NCBI GenBank assembly: GCA_950097015.1 | Contig: CATNEN010000007.1 | Span: forward strand, 7,812,001-7,876,000 | DNA from: Macrostomum hystrix | Taxonomy: Eukaryota > Animalia > Platyhelminthes | Reading direction: 5' to 3' | DNA: 64,000 nt | In this document: piece by piece, positions 1 through 12,835 of the stretch | Layout of the letters: every line of letters begins with the position of its first letter | Numbering within the stretch: position 1 is the first letter of the stretch | Made by a program: the position numbers and the translations under genes | The notes under the pieces: generated by a model | What the model saw: the letters and a program-made list of their open reading frames with translations, nothing else | Told to the model about the DNA's origin: nothing | The model's database searches: none

Positions 1-3000
1 GTACGGCGGCTTCTCCGACCGGCGACCGCCTGTGTGCGTTTGAGGGAGAGTTTTAAGGATGCAGAGGTGAGATTCTGAAGGATGCAGAGGTGAGATTCTT
101 AAGGATGCAGAGGTGAGATTCTGAAGGATGCAGAGGTGAGATTCTGAAGGATGCAGAGGTGAGATTCTGAAGGATGCAGAGGTGAGATTCTGAAGGATGC
201 AGAGGTGAGATTCTGAAGGATGCAGAGGTGAGATTCTGAAGGATGCAGAGGTGAGATTCTGAAGGATGCAGAGGTGAGATTCTGAAGGATGCAGAGGTGA
301 GATTCTTAAGGATGCAGAGGTGAGATTCTTAAGGATGCAGAGGTGAGATTCTGAAGGATGCAGAGGTGAGATTCTGAAGGATGCAGAGGTGAGATTCTGA
401 AGGATGCAGAGGTGAGATTCTGAAGGATGCAAATGAGAGATGGTAAACAGGCAAACTAAAATTCTGGCACAGTCAATTGTAATTCCCTGATTAGCAACCG
501 GTGATATGAATCTGCCATCAAGAATAAAATTCTGTCAAAATGAAAATTACGAGTAAGGCGGGCCGTATCCGCCTTTGAATGCCCAACTGAACGCTGTCAG
601 TGTCAAACGCTGGATACCCAAGCAACAAGCAAGTTGGTCCCCTGGGGGCCAAGGAGAGAGTGAAGCTAGTTGTGTGCTGAAGATTTGCTGCCCAGATCTG
701 GATGCAGTCGGGCCCCCGCCTCGCGTACCACGGCCGAAGGTTTTGAAATTTCGACAGGAAGAAGGCAAGAGCGGATTTGAAAAGCCGCAAAATTTTGGAC
801 CGATTTTATCTATCGTGGCACACAGATTAATATGGCTCAGAGTCAAAGGCTGCGAGCTGCGACAAAATAAGTGGCTAAAACTGGCAACTGCGCCATACAA
901 ATGGCAGGGCTGGACACACTTCCTGTGCATTGTAACCCACCCCAGGCAATGCATTGTGCATGCATGCATATCAGCTGCAGAATCCGGCGCTGAGGGCTCA
1001 GTGAAGATGATCTTCTATTGGCTAATTATGGCCTTATTTCTTAATTTAGACTAGGAAAGATGATTGCAGGGTGAAGAGTGAAGATTGGAGGGTGAAGAGT
1101 GAAGATTGCAGGGTGAAGAGTGAAGATTGGAGGGTGAAGAGTGAAGATTGCAGGGTGAAGAGTGAAGATTGCAGGGTGAAGAGTGAAGATTGCAGGGTGA
1201 AGAGTGAAGATTGGAGGGTGAAGAGTGAAGATTGCAGGGTGAAGAGTGAAGATTGGAGGGTGAAGAGTGAAGATTGCAGGGTGAAGAGTGAAGATTGCAG
1301 GGTGAAGAGTGAAGATTTGAGGGTGAAGGGTGAAGATGGCAGGGTGAAGAGTGAAGATTGGAGGGTGAAGAGTGAAGATTGCAGGGTGAAGAGTGAAGAT
1401 TGCAGGGTGAAGAGTGAAGATTGCAGGGTGAAGAGTGAAGATTTGGAGGGTGAAGAGTGAAGATTGCAGGGTGAAGAGTGAAGATTGCAGGGTGAAGAGT
1501 GAAGATTTGAGGGTGAAGGGTGAAGATTGGAGGGTGAAGAGTGAAGATTGCAGGGTGAAGAGTGAAGATTGGAGGGTGAAGAGTGAAGATTGCAGGGTGA
1601 AGAGTGAAGATTGCAGGGTGAAGAGTGAAGATTGCAGGGTGAAGAGTGATGATTGCAGGGTGAAGAGTGAAGATTGCAGGGTGAAGAGTGAAGATTGCAG
1701 GGTGAAGAGTGAAGATTGCAGGGTGAAGAGTGAAGATTGCAGGGTGAAGAGTGAAGATTGGAGGGTGAAGAGTGAAGATTGCAGGGTGAAGAGTGAAGAT
1801 TGCAGGGTGAAGAGTGAAGATTGCAGGGTGAAGAGTGAAGATTGGAGGGTGAAGAGTGAAGATTGGAGGGTGAAGAGTGAAGATTGGAGGGTGAAGAGTG
1901 AAGATTGGAGGGTGAAGTGTGAAGATTGCAGGGTGAAGAGTGAAGATTGCAGGGTGAAGAGTGAAGATTGGAGGGTGAAGAGTGAAGATTGGAGGGTGAA
2001 GAGTGAAGATTGCAGGGTGAAGAGTGAAGATTGGAGGGTGAAGAGTGAAGATTGGAGGGTGAAGAGTGAAGATTGCAGGGTGAAGAGTGAAGATTGCAGG
2101 GTGAAGAGTGAAGATTGCAGGGTGAAGAGTGAAGATTGGAGGGTGAAGAGTGAAGATTGGAGGGTGAAGAGTGAAGATTGGAGGGTGAAGAGTGAAGATT
2201 GCAGGGTGAAGAGTGAAGATTGGAGGGTGAAGAGTGAAGATTGCAGGGTGAAGAGTGAAGATTGCAGGGTGAAGAGTGAAGATTGGAGGGTGAAGAGTGA
2301 AGATTGGAGGGTGAAGAGTGAAGATTGCAGGGTGAAGAGTGAAGATTGGAGGGTGAAGAGTGAAGATTGCAGGGTGAAGAGTGAAGATTGCAGGGCGAAG
2401 AGTGAATATTGGAGGGTGAAGAGTGAAGATTGGAGGGTGAAGAGTGAAGATTGGAGGGTGAAGAGTGAAGATTGGAGGGTGAAGAGTGAAGATTGCAGGG
2501 CGAAGAGTGAAGATTGGAGGGTGAAGAGTGAAGATTGGAGGGTGAAGAGTGAAGATTGCAGGGTGAAGAGTGAAGATTGGAGGGTGAAGAGTGAAGATTG
2601 CAGGGCGAAGAGTGAAGATTGGAGGGTGAAGAGTGAAGATTGGAGGGTGAAGAGTGAAGATTGCAGGGTGAAGAGTGAAGATTGCAGGGTGAAGAGTGAA
2701 GATTGCAGGGTGAAGAGTGAAGATTGCAGGGTGAAGAGTGAAGATTGGAGGGTGAAGAGTGAAGATTGGAGGGTGAAGAGTGAAGATTGGAGGGTGAAGA
2801 GTGAAGATTGCAGGGTGAAGAGTGAAGATTGGAGGGTGAAGAGTGAAGATTGCAGGGTGAAGAGTGAAGATTGCAGGGTGAAGAGTGAAGATTGGAGGGT
2901 GAAGAGTGAAGATTGGAGGGTGAAGAGTGAAGATTGCAGGGTGAAGAGTGAAGATTGGAGGGTGAAGAGTGAAGATTGCAGGGCGAAGAGTGAAGATTGC

Positions 3001-5811
3001 AGGGCGAAGAGTGAATATTGGAGGGTGAAGAGTGAAGATTGGAGGGTGAAGAGTGAAGATTGGAGGGTGAAGAGTGAAGATTGGAGGGTGAAGAGTGAAG
3101 ATTGCAGGGCGAAGAGTGAAGATTGGAGGGTGAAGAGTGAAGATTGGAGGGTGAAGAGTGAAGATTGCAGGGTGAAGAGTGAAGATTGGAGGGTGAAGAG
3201 TGAAGATTGCAGGGCGAAGAGTGAAGATTGGAGGGTGAAGAGTGAAGATTGGAGGGTGAAGAGTGAAGATTTCAGGGTGAAGAGTGAAGATTGGAGGGTG
3301 AAGAGTGAAGATTGCAGGGCGAAGAGTGAAGATTGCAGGGCGAAGAGTGAATATTGGAGGGTGAAGAGTGAAGATTGGAGGGTGAAGAGTGAAGATTGGA
3401 GGGTGAAGAGTGAAGATTGGAGGGTGAAGAGTGAAGATTGCAGGGCGAAGAGTGAAGATTGGAGGGTGAAGAGTGAAGATTGCAGGGTGAAGAGTGAAGA
3501 TTGCAGGGTGAAGAGTGAATATTGGAGGGTGAAGATTTGAGGGTGAAGATTAGAGGGTGAAGATTTGAGGGTGAAGATTAGAGGGTGAAGATTTGAGGGT
3601 GAAGATTAGAGGGTGAAGATTAGAGGGTGAAGATTTGAGGGTGAAGATTTGAGGGTGAAGATTTGAGGGTGAAGATTTGAGGGTGAAGATTTGAGGGTGA
3701 AGATTTGAGGGTGAAGATTTGAGGGTGAAGATTTGAGGGTGAAGATTTGAGGGTGAAGATTTGAGGGTGAAGATTTGAGGGTGAAGATTTGAGGGTGAAG
3801 ATTTGAGGGTGAAGATTTGAGGGTGAAGATTTGAGGGTGAAGATTTGAGGGTGAAGATTTGAGGGTGAAGATTTGAGGGTGAAGATTTGAGGGTGAAGAT
3901 TTGAGGGTGAAGATTAGAGGGTGAAGATTTGAGGGTGAAGATTTGAGGGTGAAGAGTGAAGATTGCAAGGTGAAGAGTGAAGATTGCAGGGTGAAGATTT
4001 CAGGGTGAAGATTTGAGGGTGAAGAGTGAATACTGAATGTGAAATTGCAAGTCAATGGGTTTAATGATGCTTCGGGTTATAGGTTGAAGGGTGGGTCAGT
4101 GGGCGGGTGATTCGAGTTGAGTGTTATAATTACAAAGACAATGCAAACAGCTTGTTAAAAATCAAGCTATTGATCTAGTTCCTGCAGTAGCCAGCTTATT
4201 CAGTCGAATGCCATTTTCACCTGTACGAGCTGCGAGAACAACGCATTATATCGAATATCCCAAGCCCTGGCCCTATTGGCATAGAATTACAGCAACCGCA
4301 TGCCATGAGCTATGCTAAATCTGCAATCAGCGATATAGCACCCAGAAAACCAACAGAGATTTATCAGCGGCAGCAGCAGTTCAAGGTCTCAATGGGTTCA
4401 GAACTAGATTTTCTTTGACTTCCTGTGGCGCTGGGGAGGGGTGGGCAGTGAAAGCTGAGACCCCCCCCACAATGCGACCTTCAGGCCCGCATGCATAATA
4501 AGGGACGGCCGATGCATTATTTGTCTTTTCTATTATCTAATTCGGCTCTGCGGGAGGCCCCAGCTGATCGACTTCCTCCGATTCTGCAGCGCTTGCGCAA
4601 CCGCTCATTGCGGACAGGTCTGTGGGGGATCATTGGCCGTGTCATGAAGCCTCCTTGAATGATGCCGCGACACAGCTGACTTCCCATGCGGCTGTGCCTG
4701 CGGCTTTGCGCAACTGCATCCTCGCCTAACCCGCTCACTGTGAACAACTGACACGGACAGCCTGGCTATTGGAACTGATTTTTTATAGACCCGGCTTTTC
4801 ATCCTGCCTTGATGCCCTTAGCGCAGGTGGTGAATTTGACATTCAGGCTATTTTGCAATAGTCAACTACTGGCCGATAGGTATTTGCTAATAAAATATAC
4901 AGTCTAATTCCTTCCTACACACTGCAGAAAACATGACATTGTGAGGAATGCTAGAGGGGACAACGGCCATTTTGGGAATCTGATCCCATTGCCAGCGCCT
5001 TAGTGTCAAATGAGGAACGAGCTTTGAGTGGTGGTTGAGTGGCTGTGAGACACACTTATAGCCACAAGTGGGCAAGTCAAGTATGCGCCATGGCTTGAAG
5101 TCTTTGAATTTGAAGTGCGATGGGGTGAGAAGGCGGGCCCGGGTCATAATTAAGTCCAGACTCTCACGCCAATGGGGTCAATTGAAATTCTATTTTTGTT
5201 AAATGTTAAATGTTTTGTTTAAACTCACCTTGCTGGAGTTGAATCTGACCCGACAGCTTCCGACTCCCTCCGCAATGACCCTTCTCTGCGTCATCACCGC
5301 CGCCGGAGACGTAGACGGCGCTGTCGTCAGCGTGTCCCAGGCCGCTGTCGCCGCCGGAGCTGTTAGCCACGTCGTCGGGAAAGGCGGCGGCTGCGGCTGC
5401 GGCGGCTTCCGTCTCCAGGACTGCGATGGGATCGGCGGACTTGATGGGGATGCAAGCCGTGTCCCAGGAGAGAGAGACAGCGGCTGCCTGCTGCTGCTGC
5501 TGCTGCTGCAGCGGAGGAGGACACGAGATGAGCACTGTCGACTGCGAGCTGTGCTGGTTGGGGCAGTCGCTGATTGGCGAGCCATACCCTGAGAATAATG
5601 ATAATAATACTAATTCTGTATGATAAACAAGAATGCTATGAGTTTGCTCAGGAATAATTATCAGTCAATATTCATCTCAGAACTCGAATGATAAAAGTCA
5701 CTTACTCTGCTCAAAGGCTCTGTTGGTTTCAGCATCACTGTCGATGCCTCTAAGAAGTAGAGGCAGCTGCAGGTGCTGCTGCTGCTGCTGGGTGTCAATG
5801 GATAGCTCCAT
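1..5811 (-). CDS. foxF: Forkhead-box transcription factor, probably FoxF class; 5' part only, the forkhead domain runs off the left edge
   Basis: Exons 5811-5706 (ATG; MELSIDTQQQQQ...RAFEQ; donor A|gtaagt), 5588-5229 (ctcag| ... G|gtgagt) and 29-<1 (cacacag|). Both introns are phase 1 and join in frame to ...QIQLQQG-GRRSEKPPY. KPPY is the forkhead domain start and RRxEKPPY is typical of FoxF. An in-window intron of 5.2 kb spans 30-5228. Confidence 0.72.
55..431. repeat. 23-bp minisatellite AAGGATGCAGAGGTGAGATTCT(G/T), about 16 copies
   Basis: Seen directly; inside the Fox intron, about 25 bp from the 3' splice site. Confidence 0.97.
1062..3530. repeat. 21-bp minisatellite GAAGAGTGAAGATTG(C/G)AGGGT, about 117 copies
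   Basis: Seen directly; it produces the RVKSED(C/W) ORFs at 1071-3540 and lies in the Fox intron. Confidence 0.97.
3531..4030. repeat. 14-bp minisatellite GAAGATTTGAGGGT, about 30 copies, reverting to 21-mer units at its end
   Basis: Seen directly; built from the same 7-bp subunits as the adjacent 21-mer. Confidence 0.95.
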
Positions 5812-6127
5812 CGCGCTATTATGTAAAATAGTTTTGTTGATTTTACGGTGGCGGGCTGGCCTAATCTGCCTATGCGCCAACTGTTTAGAGTTCCGATAAA
5901 CTGCCTTCCCCGGATTGTTGAATTAAGAAGCAAATTAGCTCTGCTGCTTCAGACTTTGGTCTGTAAACACAAGGCGGCTGCTGGGCTGGTCGGCGGGCCA
6001 GAGAGTTCGGTGCGGAATCGGGCGAGGCCCCGATCTGTTTATTTCGTTGCTTTTTGGCTGGGGGTTGACGCTCAGAAAGTTTGGGCCTTCCCTCCCAACT
6101 AGCGGCGTATTGAATCCGTGCGGGCAC

Positions 6128-6158
6128 GCTATTGGCTGGTGGCTATGGCCAATCAGCG
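6128..6158. promoter_or_regulatory. Pair of oppositely oriented CCAAT boxes upstream of the Fox start; possible promoter element
   Basis: ATTGG at 6131 and CCAATCAG at 6149, about 320 bp upstream of the ATG at 5811. Motif match only. Confidence 0.25.
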
Positions 6159-6394
6159 ACGGCGTTGAAGATCGACCACTAGTTGATGGAGGCTGATGGA
6201 GCTCTGGTTTTAAGAACTACACTTGCATATTGGCCTGACGATATTTGATTAAGATTAAGTTTCCATCAAATTTATGAAAATTGATGAAAACTGAAACTTA
6301 TTATTGATAGGAAAATGAGCCGCAAAGCAGATACATGACAAGGATGAAGGATTGAGAACAGTGGAAGAAATTAGAGAAAGAAGAAAACAGAGAG

Positions 6395-6920
6395 AAGGGA
6401 AGCGGAAGGAGAGAAAGGGGAAGCGGGAAGAGAAAGGGGAAGCGGGAAGAGAGAGGGGGAAGCGGGAAGGGAGAGAGGGGAAGCGGGAAGGGAGAGAGGG
6501 GAAGCGGGAAGGGAGAGAGGGGAAGCGGAAAGAGAGAGGGGAAGCCGGAAGGGAGAAAGGGGAAGCGGGAAGAGAGGGGGGAAGCGGGAAGAGAGAGAGG
6601 GGAAGCGGGAAGAGAGAGAGGGGAAGCGGAAAGAGAGAGAGGGGAAGCGGGAAGAGAGAGGGGAAGCGGGAAGAGAGAGGGGAAGCGGAAAGAGAGAGGG
6701 GAAGCCGGAAGGGAGAAAGGGAAAGCGGGAAGAGAGAGGGGGGAAGCGGGAAGAGAGAGAGGGGAAGCGGGAAGGGAGAGAGGAAGCGGGAAGAGAGAGA
6801 GGGGAAGCGGAAAGAGAGAGAGGGGAAGCAGGAAGAGAGGGGGGAAGCGGGAAGAGAGAGGGGAAACGGGAAGAGAGAGGGGAAGCGGGAAGAGAGAAAG
6901 GGAAGCCGGAAGGGAGAGTG
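6395..6920. repeat. Polypurine degenerate repeat of about 21 bp (GGGAAGCGGGAAGAGAGA...)
   Basis: About 520 bp almost free of T on the + strand. Confidence 0.93.
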
Positions 6921-7430
6921 AAGTGTGAAGAGAGAGTAGTGCAACAGGCAGATTGATGTCTTGACATGTCAGGAAGTCGATCTGTACAAATATTTAGAGA
7001 CACAGGACCCCAGTCTCAAGTGTTCCATTTAAAAGCAGCAAAATTCTATAGCTAAGATTAGATCATGAGTGCGCCAGCTGTGTCATTCTCAGTTTCCTGC
7101 TATCCTGCAATGCGCATGCAGGTTTCAAATGTGGGGCTTTTACTGCAATGTTCATGAGGACATCCGGCCTGAAAAAAATTGACGACCCCTTCTGAGGCTA
7201 CTTCCGGGAAGTTTCCAGGAAGTTGACACCCCGGCTGCAATCGGGATAAAGCTTGAGGGTTCTGCCACCCGAGTGATTCTGCACCGGAGTGACTGCACGG
7301 GTTTTTCCATACAAAGCACGAGCCAAAGCAGCATTAGAGATAGTAACTAAGATAATCTTTGCGAAATGTTTCAGTTCCTGTTATATCTGGTAGTGGCGGC
7401 TTTAGAAAAAAATATGCAGCTTCAGATTTG

Positions 7431-8136
7431 ATGAAACAGCTTTGGATCTTATGAAACAGCTTTGGATTTTATGAAACAGCTTTGGATTTTATGAAACAGC
7501 TTTGGATCTGATGAAACAGCTTTGGATCTGATGAAACAGCTTTGGATCTTATGAAACAGCTTTGGATCTTATGAAACAGCTTTGGATCTTATGAAACAGC
7601 TTTGGATCTTATGAAACAGCTTTGAATCTTATGAAACAGCTTTGGATCTTATGAAACAGCTTTGGATCTTATGAAACAGCTTTGGATCTTATGAAACAGC
7701 TTTGGATCTGATGAAACAGCTTTGGATCTTATGAAACAGCTTTGGATCTTATGAAACAGCTTTGGATCTTATGAAACAGCTTTGGATCTTATGAAACAGC
7801 TTTGAATCTTATGAAACAGCTTTGGATCTTATGAAACAGCTTTGGATCTTATGAAACAGCTTTGGATCTTATGAAACAGCTTTGGATCTTATGAAACAGT
7901 TTTGGATCTTATGAAACAGCTTTGGATCTGATGAAACAGCTTTGGATCTGATGAAACAGCTTTGGATCTTATGAAACAGCTTTGGATCTTATGAAACAGC
8001 TTTGGATCTTATGAAACAGCTTTGGATCTTATCAAACAGCTTTGGATCTTATGAAACAGCTTTGGATCTTATGAAACAGCTTTGGATCTTATGAAACAGC
8101 TTTGGATCTTATGAAACAGCTTTGGATCTTATGAAA
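7431..8136. repeat. 20-bp minisatellite ATGAAACAGCTTTGGATCTT, about 35 copies
   Basis: Seen directly. Confidence 0.97.
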
Positions 8137-8924
8137 GAGACTATAGCACATATTGACTTGATATTCATTTTATGATTTTTGTGCCCGATTCAATGTTTGT
8201 GCCATTGACAGTCATACAAAACGAGATTCTGCAGCGCACAGGTGGGCGCCAAGGTAGTGCTAATTGTGAACTGGAAAGATATCACCGCAACGACACTGCA
8301 TACCCAGACTGCGAAACGCCTCAGCCAGCATTCCAACTGCAGTCAGTTAGACTGTACCAGCTGGACACAGCTGTTCTGCCAGTGCTAAAGCCGAGGCAGC
8401 CACATAGGAGCTTTGAGACCGAGTCGAGACTGCACAGTTCCCGCACCGCTCGCTTGTGTAGCTTCCCGGCATGCAGGGGGAGCGAACTGTGATCGAACCC
8501 AGCCGGTTGGGGAGACAAATTCCTTATCTAATATTTCCCCAGGTAGACAATCAATGCCGAGAGACACCGCTAGCGCCCAGCTGGTGAAGGCCCCCGAGCT
8601 AGGAGCAGACATTGCTGCCCCCACGTCCATTAGTGCCCCACCCCAGAGTCCCAACCCACCCCAGAAAATTTCCCACTGTTCCCACAGGCCTGACTTATGC
8701 GGGCCCTCGAGCCATTGTATCCGGTGTGCTAGGCATTGTTCGAGTTTTTTTACTTCAGTTCAGTTTGCCCCACATGACTGGAAGGCTGTGACCGCTTCGT
8801 ATCAGTTATGAATGGTAGAGAAAACTGTGTAGAAAATCGCCTTCAGAAATCATATTTATTTGTTTATGCGTTAACCTAGTTACCAAGCCTGGGGAGAAAC
8901 TTGGAGCTGTCTAAAGTCACCTGT

Positions 8925-9697
8925 CTCTAACCTACTGTGTCTCTACATCTAATCTACTGTCTCTACATTTAATCTACTGTCTCTACATCTAATCAACTGT
9001 CTCTACATCTAATCTACTGTCTCTACATCTAATCTACTGTCTCTACATCTAATCTACTGTCTCTACATCTAATCTACTGTCTCTACATCTAACCTACTGT
9101 CTCTACATCTAATCTACTGTCTCTACATCTGATCTACTCTCTCGACTGTCTCTACATCTAATCTACTGTGTCTCTACATCTAACCTACTGTCTCTACATC
9201 TGATCTACTGTCTCGACTGTCTCTACATCTGATCTACTGTCTCTACATCTAATCTACTGTCTCTACATCTAACCTACTGTCTCTACATCTAATCTACTGT
9301 CTCGACTGTCTCTACATCTGATCTACTGTCTCTACATCTAATCTACTGTCTCTACATCTAACCTACTGTCTCTACATCTAATCTGCTGTCTCTACATCTA
9401 ATCTACTGGCTCTACATCTAATCTACTGTCTCTACATCTAATCTACTGTCTCTACATCTAATCTACTGTCTCTACATCTAACCTACTGTCTCTACATCTA
9501 ATCTACTGTCTCTACATCTAACCTACTGTCTCTACATCTAATCTACTGTCTCTACATCTAATCTGCTGTCTCTACATCTAATCTACTGTCTCTACATCTA
9601 ATCTGCTGTCTCTACATCTAATCTGCTGTCTCTACATCTAATCTACTGTCTGTGCATCTAATCTGCTGTCTCTACATCTAATCTACTGTCTCTACAT
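8925..9697. repeat. 20-bp minisatellite CTCTACATCTAATCTACTGT, about 38 copies
   Basis: Seen directly; occasional 10-bp CTCGACTGTC inserts. Confidence 0.96.
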
Positions 9698-10334
9698 ATA
9701 CGCAAATGACAATTAATCTATTCCACTGCATCCAGATCCACTGACTAGTCAACTTTCTCAACTTGTATTCCGCCATCATTTAATACCCAGTTCCTTACTA
9801 TATTCAAAGTTTTCCTGCATAATATTTCATATTTCTAAGACAGGCTAAATGGTCCACCCGCATGGCAACAACAAACAGTATCGATTCGATCACTCACTTC
9901 GCATTAATCGATTGAAACTTTGCGATAGAAGAAGCAGTGCGCAGTGCATCAGCGGTTTGACATCTCAGAAAGGAAGTTCTGACTACAGTTTTACTGACTG
10001 CATGGCAACTACTGCCAGCTTGTGTGTGCTGTGTAGAGATTTTTTCCGGATAGCGTGACGGCTTCAATCAACCCAATCAGAGATCCCAAAACACCCTGCA
10101 CTGCTTTGACTGAAGTCTTGGGCAGGTCTCACATTACACCTGCGCGAAGCTGGGCAGTTTGACAATAGCCCGCACTTGCGAGTCACGGGTGGGGTGGGGG
10201 AGGGGAAAAGCCAAGAAAGCCCCATAGAAGACCTGCGGCATCAGCCTAGGTGTCTTTGATTGAAATCACTGGTCATTTCCGATTCTCTACACATTTTGCC
10301 TTAGCAACTGCGGCGCGCGAATTCGATACCTCCT

Positions 10335-12051
<1,717 letters not shown>

Positions 12052-12197
12052 CGAAGGCCTCTCAGAGGCAATCCACGCACACAGTACTAGATGTTTTGAA
12101 ATACCGATTTTTTAATATATAGTACGATGGACCAAATTTTCGGCCAAAGCTGGGCCTTCTTCAGGGTCTGTAAATTTAGATAATGTATATTTAGATT

Positions 12198-12247
12198 TAG
12201 ATAGATGGATAGATAGATGGATAGATAGATGGATAGATAGATAGATA
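12198..12247. repeat. Short degenerate (GATA/GATG)n
   Basis: Seen directly. Confidence 0.85.
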
Positions 12248-12542
12248 ATGAAGAACAAAGGCCACGCATGCTGTTCAGGCAGTCGCTGGCTGCCTAGAAA
12301 TCTAGTTGGCTACCGATACAGGGACTACTAAAACACTCGGGACGCGAAACGAGCCAAATCATGGTGAAAAAAGTTGGGGGCTCGTATTAAAGTAGTGTTC
12401 TATGGCCATTCCAACTGCAACTCTCAAGTCTCAAGAAGTGAATCGTATTGCATTTAATGTATGAAAAATTGGGCGCCCATAGACTTAAACGAGCCATTGG
12501 GTCGTTGTGCGATTGGCTCGTTTTAGTGTGGCCTTGGGTACA

Positions 12543-12833
12543 CTGCTACTGCTACTGCTACTGCTACTGCTACTGCTACTGCTACTGCTACTGCTACTGC
12601 TACTGCTACTGCTACTGCTACTGCTACTGCTACTGCTACTGCTACTGCTACTGCTACTGCTACTGCTACTGCTACTGCTACTGCTACTGCTACTGCTACT
12701 GCTACTGCTACTGCTACTGCTACTGCTACTGCTACTGCTACTGCTACTGCTACTGCTACTGCTACTGCTACTGCTACTGCTACTGCTACTGCTACTGCTA
12801 CTGCTACTGCTACTGCTACTGCTACTGCTACTG
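12543..12833. repeat. (CTACTG)n hexamer, about 48 copies
   Basis: Seen directly; abuts the 41-bp satellite. Confidence 0.98.
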
Positions 12834-12835
12834 AC

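Noticed and set aside
1071-3540. 129-aa and 701-aa RVKSED(C/W) ORFs as a repeat protein
   Set aside because: Stop-free reading of a 21-bp array with non-ATG starts and a frameshift; no unique flanking coding sequence; antisense within the Fox intron.
8172-8811. GC-moderate ORF cluster as a possible gene or retroelement piece
   Set aside because: No recognisable domain and no consistent splice structure.
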